A stretch of DNA of 29,587 nucleotides from a virus. Its lineage: Duplodnaviria > Caudoviricetes. Of this stretch, positions 13,561 to 22,360 are shown one piece after another. A program made the translations under genes and the position numbers. How positions within the stretch are numbered: position 1 is the first letter of the stretch; every line of letters begins with the position of its first letter. Location: positions 1-29,587 of the IMG/VR virus record IMGVR_UViG_3300029448_000275; one strand, written 5' to 3'. The notes beneath the pieces were generated by a model. That model was not told the DNA's origin and ran no database searches. It saw only the letters and a program-made list of their open reading frames with translations.

Positions 13561-13719
13561 ATGCAAAAAACTCAGCCATTTAGAGATTGGCAAGACACTC
13601 TACCTTGGCACAAACGTTTAATGGTAGAGTTAGCAAGTTTGATTGTTATTGTAGCACCAATTAGTTTTGTAATATATTTACTAACAGGGGATGTGTATTT
13701 ATTCTTCCCAAGTTATTAG
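13561..13719 (+). CDS. Small membrane protein (52 aa)
   Basis: MQKTQPFRDWQDTLPWHKRLMVELASLIVIVAPISFVIYLLTGDVYLFFPSY. Confidence 0.55.
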   Translation: MQKTQPFRDWQDTLPWHKRLMVELASLIVIVAPISFVIYLLTGDVYLFFPSY

Positions 13720-13728
13720 GAGTAAGGA

Positions 13729-14028
13729 ATGTCAGACATAAAAGTACCGTCATGGACGCTACCCATTCTTGCAGGAGTTATACCTGCATGTATTGCTTGG
13801 GGAACGATGCAGGCACAAGCTCAATCGACTCAAGAGGATCTTGATCGAATACGTGGTGTTGTGGAAAAAACTGCAGAGTCTGCACAAGAGACTGGGCAGT
13901 TGAGTAAAGTCAATGAAGCCAAAATAGAAGCGATAGTAAGTTCCCTAGCTGATCAAGCAGAAACAGCTAAAGAGTCTGATGAGAAACTACAGCAACTAAT
14001 TGAAATTATGCTTCAAAGAGCTAACTAG
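13729..14028 (+). CDS. N-terminal TM plus coiled-coil protein (possible i-spanin-like)
   Basis: AGGAG/AAGGA RBS; hydrophobic N-terminus followed by a heptad-rich C-terminus. Confidence 0.7.
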   Translation: MSDIKVPSWTLPILAGVIPACIAWGTMQAQAQSTQEDLDRIRGVVEKTAESAQETGQLSKVNEAKIEAIVSSLADQAETAKESDEKLQQLIEIMLQRAN

Positions 14029-14039
14029 GAGCATGAATA

Positions 14040-14276
14040 GTGTGGGCTTACGCCCTAGTTGTAATACTCTCAACAGGGGACGAAGCACCTCGAGTTTACT
14101 ATAAACATTTGGATCAGTGTAGGTGGCAGGCACAGGAACTAACAAGAGCATACAATAACTTTGTTCCAGCAAAATCAGCAGTATGCCATCCACACGTAGC
14201 AGGGCCGGATGATGTTCTGATAGACTTAACACAGAACAAAACAAAGCAAGAGTTGGAGGCGTTGTTAAACAAATGA
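14040..14276 (+). CDS. Secreted Cys-pair hypothetical protein
   Basis: AGGAG RBS; hydrophobic N-terminus; Y...C...AVCHP pattern like 3399..3590. Confidence 0.62.
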   Translation: MWAYALVVILSTGDEAPRVYYKHLDQCRWQAQELTRAYNNFVPAKSAVCHPHVAGPDDVLIDLTQNKTKQELEALLNK

Positions 14277-14587
14277 TGGTAAAAAAATTTGAAACAAAAA
14301 CTCGATACGCTCAATATGATATGGATGGAGACGGAGTAGTAACAGACGAAGAACTTTCAAGAGCAGGAGAAATGATTGAACTTGAACTAAGAGAAGAAAA
14401 AGCAGAAGCACAAAAAAGAATGGCATGGGTATCAATTGTAGCAATGTGTGCATACCCACTAATATCATTGATTATACCAGAAAGTAAGCTAGACACTTGG
14501 GGATCAATGAGTGATATGATATTTTTATCGCAGGCGTCCATAGTTGGTATGTATTTTGGTGCGCAGGCTTACATGGCAAGAAAATAA
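14273..14587 (+). CDS. EF-hand plus 2TM membrane protein (holin-like)
   Basis: Canonical EF-hand loop DMDGDGVVTDEE; two hydrophobic helices ending in GMYFG. Confidence 0.7.
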   Translation: MMVKKFETKTRYAQYDMDGDGVVTDEELSRAGEMIELELREEKAEAQKRMAWVSIVAMCAYPLISLIIPESKLDTWGSMSDMIFLSQASIVGMYFGAQAYMARK

Positions 14588-14588
14588 A

Positions 14589-15893
14589 ATGGCAATCGAA
14601 ATAAGTCGTTCTGATATAATTGACGACTACATTTTAAATTTGAAATCTGAGACACGCTTTCTCAAGCTTCCAGTAGTTGATTATTTAAAACTGCTGGAAG
14701 TTCAACCACTACCATCCCAGGTAGCTATTATTAACGCAGTTAATAGTCCGAAGTATCGTTTTGTCTCTGCAGCGATCTCCCGAAGGCAAGGCAAGACATA
14801 CATTGCAAATATCGTTGGTCAGCTAGTTTCTCTAGTGCCTGGTTCCAACATCCTCATAATGTCCCCGAACTATGCGTTGTCTCAGATTTCTTTTGATTTA
14901 CAGAGACAACTGATAAAACATTTTGATTTAGAGGTAAAAAGAGATAATGCAAAAGACAAAGTCATCGAACTTTCTAACGGTTCTACGATTCGTATGGGGT
15001 CGATCAACCAGGTGGACTCCTGTGTTGGTAGGAGTTATGACCTTATTATTTTTGATGAAGCTGCTCTTGTGGACGGAAGGGACGCTTTCAATGTGGCTCT
15101 TAGACCTACTCTAGACAAGCCAAATTCAAAAGCATTATTTATATCTACACCGCGAGGTAGAAATAATTGGTTTAGCCAGTTTTGGCAAAGAGGTTTCTCT
15201 GAAGAGTTTCCTGAATGGTGTTCAATAAAAGCAAGCTATAAAGACAACCCAAGGATGAGTGAGTCTGACATTGCAGAAGCTCGTAAATCAATGTCAGATG
15301 CAGAATTTAGACAGGAATATGAAGCAGACTTTAATACATATGAAGGACAGATTTGGAATTTTAATTTCGAAGAGTGCATACACGATCTCACTCAGTTTGA
15401 TACTACATCAATGGATGTATTTGCTGGGCTTGACGTTGGCTATAAGGATCCTACTGCCTTTTGTGTAATTGCATATGACTGGGATACAGAAAAATATTAT
15501 CTTGTTGATGAATATATAAATGCAGAAAGAACTACTGAACAACATGCTGGAGAAATACAAGAGTTAATTGATAAATGGGATATTGACTATATTTATATTG
15601 ATTCTGCTGCACAACAAACACGATTTGATTTAGCACAAAATTTTGATATTTCAACTATTAATGCAAAAAAATCAGTACTAGATGGTATAGGGCATGTAGC
15701 AGGAATTGTAGATAATAATAAATTAGTTATAAATCAGACTTGCTCAGAAAGTCAATATGCAGTAGAAGCGTATCAGTGGGATTCTAACCCTAATTTAATG
15801 AAAGAACGACCGAAACATGATCGTTCATCTCACATGGCTGATGCAATGCGATATGCTTTGTACTCGTTTGTAACTTCGAACACTTCGTTCTAA
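14589..15893 (+). CDS. terL: Terminase large subunit (T5-like)
   Basis: Walker A SRRQGKT, Walker B LIIFDEAA, motif III ISTPRG, nuclease GLDVGYKD...HMADAMRY; start refined to MAIEI. Confidence 0.96.
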   Translation: MAIEISRSDIIDDYILNLKSETRFLKLPVVDYLKLLEVQPLPSQVAIINAVNSPKYRFVSAAISRRQGKTYIANIVGQLVSLVPGSNILIMSPNYALSQISFDLQRQLIKHFDLEVKRDNAKDKVIELSNGSTIRMGSINQVDSCVGRSYDLIIFDEAALVDGRDAFNVALRPTLDKPNSKALFISTPRGRNNWFSQFWQRGFSEEFPEWCSIKASYKDNPRMSESDIAEARKSMSDAEFRQEYEADFNTYEGQIWNFNFEECIHDLTQFDTTSMDVFAGLDVGYKDPTAFCVIAYDWDTEKYYLVDEYINAERTTEQHAGEIQELIDKWDIDYIYIDSAAQQTRFDLAQNFDISTINAKKSVLDGIGHVAGIVDNNKLVINQTCSESQYAVEAYQWDSNPNLMKERPKHDRSSHMADAMRYALYSFVTSNTSF

Positions 15894-15915
15894 TGAGACC
15901 TCTGAAAAATAATTA

Positions 15916-15944
15916 TTGACAAATCAACTAAAACTTAGTATAAT
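15916..15944 (+). promoter_or_regulatory. sigma70 promoter for the head genes
   Basis: Perfect TTGACA-17-TATAAT; GGAGG RBS downstream. Confidence 0.85.
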
Positions 15945-15974
15945 TCTTGTAATGATATAACTGGGAGGAATAAA

Positions 15975-16358
15975 ATGCCCAAGTTAAAACGCGATATAGT
16001 AAAGTATGTAAGAGACAAAGCTAAATCACGATATAAAAAAGGACCGGAATGTTATATCTGTGGGAGAAACACTCAGTTAGACTTTCACCACTTCTATAGT
16101 TTAACAGGACTATTGAATAAATGGTTAAAAGAAAACAATTTAAATCCACAGTATATACAGGCACTTCGAGAAGATTTTATTGATGAGCATGAGGCAGAGT
16201 TATACGAACACGCTGTAACTTTATGCAATATGCACCACAAACACCTTCACTCTGTCTATGGCAAAGAACCTTCCTTGGGAACAGCCAAAAAACAAATGCG
16301 GTGGGTAAACATACAAAGAGAAAAACATGGCTTGGTATCACAGACTACTTGGAGTTAA
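15975..16358 (+). CDS. HNH nicking endonuclease (T5-like, between terL and portal)
   Basis: CYICG...LDFHH...TLCNMHH motifs; T5 synteny. Confidence 0.85.
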   Translation: MPKLKRDIVKYVRDKAKSRYKKGPECYICGRNTQLDFHHFYSLTGLLNKWLKENNLNPQYIQALREDFIDEHEAELYEHAVTLCNMHHKHLHSVYGKEPSLGTAKKQMRWVNIQREKHGLVSQTTWS

Positions 16359-17505
16359 AGAAAAATTAAATCCTGCTCAATCCTATGATCTAGGAAAAGT
16401 AGAAAGCTCACGAGAGCACACTGTTTCATATGAAAGAATGTATGAGCAGTTAGAAGTTGTGAATCGTGGTGTAAATATGATAGTAGACGATACAGCAGAA
16501 GTACCTGCAATAGTAAGTCCTTTTGATACTTTTCCTGGGATTGTTAAAGGAGTAAAACGAGCAAAAGTAGATACGCTTTTGAACAAAAGTCCAAATCCTT
16601 TCCAAGATGTAAATACTTTTAAGCGTAATTTAATAACAGACTATCTTTTAGATGGTAATATTTTTATTTATTTTGACGGAGCACATCTATACCATTTACC
16701 AGCAGATCAAGTTAGAGTAAAAGCCGACAAAGATACTTTAGTAGAGAAATATAGTTTAAAGCTTATTGATTATACTCCTGATGAGATTATACATATAAAA
16801 GAAAATTCTTTTTATTCAATCTATCGAGGAGTATCTAGGTTAAAGCCAGCACTGCGAACAATGCAGCTAATTGCTTCAATGAGAAGATTTCAAGATAATT
16901 TCTTTAAGAATGGAGCAGTTCCAGGGTTAGTACTAAAATCACCAAATACATTGTCCGATAAGATAAAAGATCGAATGATAGTTGCATGGCAGCAAAGATA
17001 TCGACCAGATACAGGCGGACGAAGACCTTTAGTTCTTGATGGTGGAATAGAGATTGATAGTTTTTCACAGACAAATTTTAAAGACTTAGATTTTCAAAAT
17101 TCTATAGAGCAAAACGAAAAAATAGTATTAAAAGCATTGGGAGTTCCTCCAATAATGTTAGATTCAGGAAACAATGCAAATATACGTCCTAATATGAGAC
17201 TTTACTATTTGGAAACAATACTACCAATTGTAAGAAAATTAAATTTTGGACTTTCACGTTATTTTGGATTTAATATAACAGAAGATATATCAGATATACC
17301 AGCTTTACAGCCAGAACTTAGAGATGCCTCCGCTTATTATACTTCACTTGTAAATGGCGGAATTATCACTGCAGCAGAAGCACGTGAAAGGCTTGGATTT
17401 GAAAAAATAGAGGGTACTGAAGAAATAAGAGTACCTGCAAATATTGCAGGGTCAGCTGGAAACCCGAGCGAGGGTGGTAGACCTGTTGAAGAAGGAGAAG
17501 AGTAG
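16327..17505 (+). CDS. Portal protein (HK97/T5-like)
   Basis: PNPFQ, LLDGN, IIHIK, FFKNGAVPG and EARERLG motifs. Confidence 0.95.
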   Translation: MAWYHRLLGVKEKLNPAQSYDLGKVESSREHTVSYERMYEQLEVVNRGVNMIVDDTAEVPAIVSPFDTFPGIVKGVKRAKVDTLLNKSPNPFQDVNTFKRNLITDYLLDGNIFIYFDGAHLYHLPADQVRVKADKDTLVEKYSLKLIDYTPDEIIHIKENSFYSIYRGVSRLKPALRTMQLIASMRRFQDNFFKNGAVPGLVLKSPNTLSDKIKDRMIVAWQQRYRPDTGGRRPLVLDGGIEIDSFSQTNFKDLDFQNSIEQNEKIVLKALGVPPIMLDSGNNANIRPNMRLYYLETILPIVRKLNFGLSRYFGFNITEDISDIPALQPELRDASAYYTSLVNGGIITAAEARERLGFEKIEGTEEIRVPANIAGSAGNPSEGGRPVEEGEE

Positions 17506-17817
17506 ATGGGAGTTCGAGACAAGAGAAATCTATTAGAAACAGGGTATAAACATTTTAAAGATTATGACCTGCCTCTTGACATTGATCAAAAAAGTTATAT
17601 AAACATTGTAGGAAGGGGAGCACTTCCAACTGCAGCAGTCAAACGACGGTTTAAGGCTTGGAAATATTTTTTGGTTGGTCTTAAAACTACCTATCCTGAT
17701 TTATCTAAGCCTAAGGCACCCCCACCTCCACCTCCTCCAGAGCCAAAAGTAGAATTACCTAAAAAAGACCCTTTAGAGGCTCTTCGAGAAAAGACTGTAG
17801 GAAAAAACTATGAATAA
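17506..17817 (+). CDS. Hypothetical protein with Pro-rich linker
   Basis: PTAAVKRRFKAW helix motif followed by KAPPPPPPEPK. Confidence 0.7.
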   Translation: MGVRDKRNLLETGYKHFKDYDLPLDIDQKSYINIVGRGALPTAAVKRRFKAWKYFLVGLKTTYPDLSKPKAPPPPPPPEPKVELPKKDPLEALREKTVGKNYE

Positions 17818-19786
17818 AGTATTTAACTTACACTCTACGTTTAAATCAGAGCTTCATGAAGATGGATCTGTGATGGTACGTGGTATGGCAAGTACTGCTG
17901 ATTTTGATCGTGTAGGAGACTCTATCTCCGCAGAAGCATGGGCAAAGGGTGGTCTTGGAAATTTTGAGAAAAATCCTATAATTTTATTTAATCATGATTA
18001 TAACAAGCCAATTGGACGGGCAACAAAAGTTACTCCAACAACAGATGGCTTGCATATGGAGGCAAAAATCAGCAAACATGCTGAATGTGCAGATTTAATC
18101 AAAGACGGTGTCCTTGGAGCTTTTTCCGTTGGTTTTCGGGTAAAGGACGCTGAGTATATTAAGGAAACTGACGGATTAGAGATAAAGGACGCTGAGTTGT
18201 TTGAGGTATCGGTTGTATCAGTACCTTGCAATCAAGCAGCTACTTTTTCATTAGCGAAGTCTTTCGATTCTGAGCAGGATTATGAAGATTTCAAGAAAAC
18301 TTTTAAAAGCGAGGAAGATTCCTCTTCAAAGGAGATAGATATGTCGGAAGAAGTAAAAACTCCCGAAATCGACTTGGAAGCTTTTGCGAAGAAAGTTGCA
18401 GATGAAACTGCTGCTAAAATTGCAATGAAAGCTGCCGAGCAAAAAGCTGCAGAAAAAGCTGAAGCAGAAAAAGCTGCCGAAGTAGAAACTGCAAAGGCTC
18501 TTGAAGCCGAAAAAATTCAGGCCACTATTAAGTCTGGAATAGAAACTGGTGCAGAAAAGCTCGTTGCAGATGTTCAGCAAGAGATTAAAGCACAAACTGA
18601 ACTTGATGTTAAAGCTCTCACCGAAAAGTATGAGAAAGACCTTAAAGAAAAATCAGAGGAACTCGAAGCAATGCGAAACAGCAAGCGTGATTTCTCCGGT
18701 CGAAGTGGAAAGGCGGATATAACTAAATTCCAAAAAGAACTCATGTATGGCCATTTTCTCGGAGTTTATACTGGAAAAGGATGGAACACGGATTATTCAA
18801 AAGATATCTTTGAAAAAGCCGGCCTCGAGTGGGACTCAGGACTTGGTAGTGTAACTACTGGTGCTCCTGATATTGCTCAAGGTGTTTCAGCTGCGATTGA
18901 AAAAGAAATCATGCTAGAGCTTAAGCTTGCGCAAGCTTTCCGTGAAATTACTATCAATTCAGCAACTCAAGTATTGCCAATCCAAACAGATGCTCTTCCA
19001 GCAACTTGGGGCTCTAATACTGCAGCTAGTGGTAACTTGACTAACCGCCCTCAAATTGATGCAAATCAGTATAATGCAAATCAAGTAATTCTAAAGGCTA
19101 CTCGACTTGTTTCGACTACCTTTATGGATAATGACATTGATGAACAAGTTCTTGTTAATTTAATGCCTATGCTTGTTGAAGGTGTTGCACGTGCTCACGC
19201 TCGCGCAGTTGATGATGCAATTCTAAACGGCACTACTGGCGGTACTCAAGGCTTTAACGGTCTCGAAGCTCTCGCGACACAAAATGGAGCTGCAGTTAAG
19301 GTAGATGTTCTTGAGCTTAGCGGAAGTGCAAATGATGACACTACTGTAACTTCAGCAGAGTTTTTAGCTGCACGTAAGTTGATGGGTAAGTATGGTATTA
19401 ATCCTGGCGACCTTGCATACGTTGTGTCACAGAAGCGTTATTATGACCTTATTGCTGATCCTGCTTTTGCAGATATCACTGATGTTGGTTCTGATGTTGC
19501 TACAAAGATCACTGGATCAATCGGAGCAATTTATGGTACTCCCGTAATTATATCCGATGCTCTTGAAGGTGACGGAACTGCCGGAAATACTATAGGTTAT
19601 GCTGTTAATGTTAAAAACCACGTAATTCCACGTCTCCGTGGAGTATCCATTGAGCAGGATTACGAAGTGTTAAACCAGCGCAATGTTATTGTTGCTAGTC
19701 AGTCTCTTGGCTTTAATCAGTTAAGAGCGAATAATGGAACAACTGATGTATCTGTTGTTAAATTAACTCGAGGAGCTGACGCGTAG
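17810..19786 (+). CDS. Fused prohead protease, scaffold (delta) domain and HK97-fold major capsid protein
   Basis: N-terminal ILFNHD...AFSVGF...EVSVVSVPCN protease motifs, then a coiled-coil and the capsid domain; internal AAGGAG-ATG at 18341. Confidence 0.93.
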   Translation: MNKVFNLHSTFKSELHEDGSVMVRGMASTADFDRVGDSISAEAWAKGGLGNFEKNPIILFNHDYNKPIGRATKVTPTTDGLHMEAKISKHAECADLIKDGVLGAFSVGFRVKDAEYIKETDGLEIKDAELFEVSVVSVPCNQAATFSLAKSFDSEQDYEDFKKTFKSEEDSSSKEIDMSEEVKTPEIDLEAFAKKVADETAAKIAMKAAEQKAAEKAEAEKAAEVETAKALEAEKIQATIKSGIETGAEKLVADVQQEIKAQTELDVKALTEKYEKDLKEKSEELEAMRNSKRDFSGRSGKADITKFQKELMYGHFLGVYTGKGWNTDYSKDIFEKAGLEWDSGLGSVTTGAPDIAQGVSAAIEKEIMLELKLAQAFREITINSATQVLPIQTDALPATWGSNTAASGNLTNRPQIDANQYNANQVILKATRLVSTTFMDNDIDEQVLVNLMPMLVEGVARAHARAVDDAILNGTTGGTQGFNGLEALATQNGAAVKVDVLELSGSANDDTTVTSAEFLAARKLMGKYGINPGDLAYVVSQKRYYDLIADPAFADITDVGSDVATKITGSIGAIYGTPVIISDALEGDGTAGNTIGYAVNVKNHVIPRLRGVSIEQDYEVLNQRNVIVASQSLGFNQLRANNGTTDVSVVKLTRGADA

Positions 19787-19815
19787 GCGGCTAATTCGAT
19801 TACTAATAAAAACGA

Positions 19816-19841
19816 GGGGTGGTTCGCCACCCCAAGTTTTT
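19816..19841 (+). terminator. Rho-independent terminator after the capsid gene
   Basis: GGGGTGG-TTCG-CCACCCC followed by AAGTTTTT. Confidence 0.85.
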
Positions 19842-19856
19842 ACTAATGGACTTATT

Positions 19857-20483
19857 ATGGCACTTTTAGTATCCCATACAATCTATAAGCAAGTTCTTGG
19901 AATAACAGGTTCTGGAAATACTGACCAAATTCTAAGTGCATATGCTGATTCTGTGAGTCAATTAGTAAAAACTTATTGTAATAATAGTTTTGTTGATTTT
20001 TATTCGGTTGCAAAAACTGAATATTTTAATATTCTTTATGATCAATCTTTTGTACAAATATCAGAAGCACCATTGGTTCTTTCGAATATTACTACTCCGG
20101 ATAGCGGATCGAAATCTTTACAGGTCTATGAAAGAGCTGGAATAAGTGAAAGTTATACTCAACTTACAAACACAGCAGGAGAATACTATCCTGATGCTAG
20201 TACTGACACCATTTATAGAACAGACGGAACTACAGGATTAAAGTTTTTTCCACGAGGGCCAGGCTCTGTTAAAATAGTTTACTATGCAGGTTATGCACAA
20301 ATACCTGATGATTTAAAACTTGCGGTTATTGATTTGATAACTTATTATTATAAGGAACAAACTAAACCGCGACAAACAATTGCGGGTGCTAGTATACAGA
20401 ACCAGGCATCGAATACTATGCGAAATAATAGTGATTTTCCAGATCACATTAAACGAGTATTGGACTTATATAAAAATTACTAA
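19857..20483 (+). CDS. Head-tail connector/head completion protein (T5 p144-like)
   Basis: VKIVYYAGY..IPDDLKLAV...FPDHIKRVLDLY; synteny. Confidence 0.85.
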   Translation: MALLVSHTIYKQVLGITGSGNTDQILSAYADSVSQLVKTYCNNSFVDFYSVAKTEYFNILYDQSFVQISEAPLVLSNITTPDSGSKSLQVYERAGISESYTQLTNTAGEYYPDASTDTIYRTDGTTGLKFFPRGPGSVKIVYYAGYAQIPDDLKLAVIDLITYYYKEQTKPRQTIAGASIQNQASNTMRNNSDFPDHIKRVLDLYKNY

Positions 20484-21835
20484 TGGCGAATAGAGGACTT
20501 GCAAACATGACAAAGCGTATTATTAAACGCTTATCTGTGGCAGATCAAAGAGAAAAAGTACTACGATTGCAAGGACAAATATTTATATGGCATAAACACG
20601 AGTTTATTAAAAAAATGACAGAGCTTACAGGAAATGGTATCCATGTAAGAAAGCTAACACGATTATACAGAGATAGTTTAAAAAAACAAGATAAGAAGAT
20701 GTTAGCCAGTAAAGATGGAAAGCGCTTAAAAAAAGTAAAAATTGATCTTAAAGCAGGAGTTTTTGGAACGTTTGACATAAAAAAAGATGACGCTTATGCA
20801 GTTCTAAACTACAGATCGGTTCAAGAAATAAAAAGACTGGTTGGAAAAAAGTTTAATGAACTTACCGGTAAAGAAGCAAAATTAGTAACAGGAAGTGTAC
20901 AAGGGGGAGATCAAGCTTCAAAAGCACCGGGATGGGCTGTTGGTCATGGAGAATATGGTCAAGCAGTTTCAACAACACAAGTTTCTTCTGCTCAAGCAAT
21001 AATGAGAACTCAAACTTCTGTAAAAAGATATGGTGCAGTAGAAACATACCAAAAAATAGAACAACATATTCAAACGTATAAGAAAACTTTAAATCTTGAA
21101 CTTGAACTAAAACAAGAACAACATATTTCATCAACAGGACGATTTAAGAAAACTTATACTGCACTAATTTCTGATGAAGATGCAGCAGAAAATTGGGCAG
21201 CAGGAAGAGCAGAACAAGATGCTTTAAGAGCTCTTCGAAATGCAATAGAAGGTGAACTAGCTAATATTCCAGATCAAGACGGCTCAGATTCTTTGGTTGA
21301 GGGAGTAACAAAAGTACTTACTCATCAACTTACAAAAGCAAAAGGAGTAAAGCATAAAAAAGGGCAACGACCAGCACCTGTTTCAAAATCAAAAGGAAGA
21401 GCAACCCGAAAAGGAAGGACACAACAAAAAACAAAAATTGGAATTATCAAGGGAACAGGAGTACCTGCAGTAAGTGCAAAGAAAAGAGATGGAGACGGAG
21501 AAACAACTGCATCAACTCCTCTACACTTAATTGGCTTAATAAATAAAGCACTACCAGAGGTAGTAAAAAATAATATGAGAAGTCCTGCACTGGTAAATAG
21601 AACAGGACGTTTTGCGAATAGTGTAAGATTAACAGATATAATTCAAACTCCACGCGGATATCCAAGTTTTGGATATACATATCAAAAAGATCCGTATGAA
21701 GTATTTGAAATGGGTGCGCAAGGTTCTGCTCCCTGGGCAACACCAGATAGAGATCCTAGATTTTTAATTGATAAATCTATTCGAGAGATAGCTGCACAAT
21801 TTGCTATAGGAAGATTTTACACTAGGAGAGAGTAG
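20483..21835 (+). CDS. Tail completion/neck protein (T5 p143-like C-terminus)
   Basis: LVNRTGRFANSV...PYEVFE...RDPRFLIDKSIREIA; synteny. Confidence 0.7.
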   Translation: MANRGLANMTKRIIKRLSVADQREKVLRLQGQIFIWHKHEFIKKMTELTGNGIHVRKLTRLYRDSLKKQDKKMLASKDGKRLKKVKIDLKAGVFGTFDIKKDDAYAVLNYRSVQEIKRLVGKKFNELTGKEAKLVTGSVQGGDQASKAPGWAVGHGEYGQAVSTTQVSSAQAIMRTQTSVKRYGAVETYQKIEQHIQTYKKTLNLELELKQEQHISSTGRFKKTYTALISDEDAAENWAAGRAEQDALRALRNAIEGELANIPDQDGSDSLVEGVTKVLTHQLTKAKGVKHKKGQRPAPVSKSKGRATRKGRTQQKTKIGIIKGTGVPAVSAKKRDGDGETTASTPLHLIGLINKALPEVVKNNMRSPALVNRTGRFANSVRLTDIIQTPRGYPSFGYTYQKDPYEVFEMGAQGSAPWATPDRDPRFLIDKSIREIAAQFAIGRFYTRRE

Positions 21836-22299
21836 TGAGTACAAGACTTTATACATCAAGGCGACAAGCGATAATAGAGCAACTTGTAATTAAGTTAAAA
21901 GGTATTAATGGTACAGGCACTACTGAAACAGGGTTTTTAACAGACGTACGAAACAATGTACATGGCAGATTATTGTTTTGGGACGAAGTAGACGAGTTCC
22001 CAGCAATTCACATGAATGCTGGATCAGAAACTAGACAGTATCAGGCAGGAGGATACAAAGACCGATTTTTAGCAGTAACAATTCGATGCTATGTAAAGCA
22101 GGAAAACGCAGCACTTGCATTAGATAGATTAATAGAAGATGTTGAAACGGTTCTTGAAGATAACGGTAGCTTGCAGTATTTAGATAGACAAAATGTTCTT
22201 CAACAGATTCAGCAAATTACCATTGTCAGCATTGATACAGATGAAGGTTCGTTAGAGCCTCTAGGAGTTGGAGAGATACTCATAGAAGTTCGATACTAG
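21835..22299 (+). CDS. Tail tube terminator (T5 p142-like)
   Basis: DEVDEFP...SIDTDEG.L.PLGVGE; located just before the tail tube gene. Confidence 0.8.
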   Translation: MSTRLYTSRRQAIIEQLVIKLKGINGTGTTETGFLTDVRNNVHGRLLFWDEVDEFPAIHMNAGSETRQYQAGGYKDRFLAVTIRCYVKQENAALALDRLIEDVETVLEDNGSLQYLDRQNVLQQIQQITIVSIDTDEGSLEPLGVGEILIEVRY

Positions 22300-22360
22300 G
22301 GAAAAACTGGCAGGAACAAAAGTTCACTTCCATGTCTTTTCAAGAAAATAGGAGAAAATT

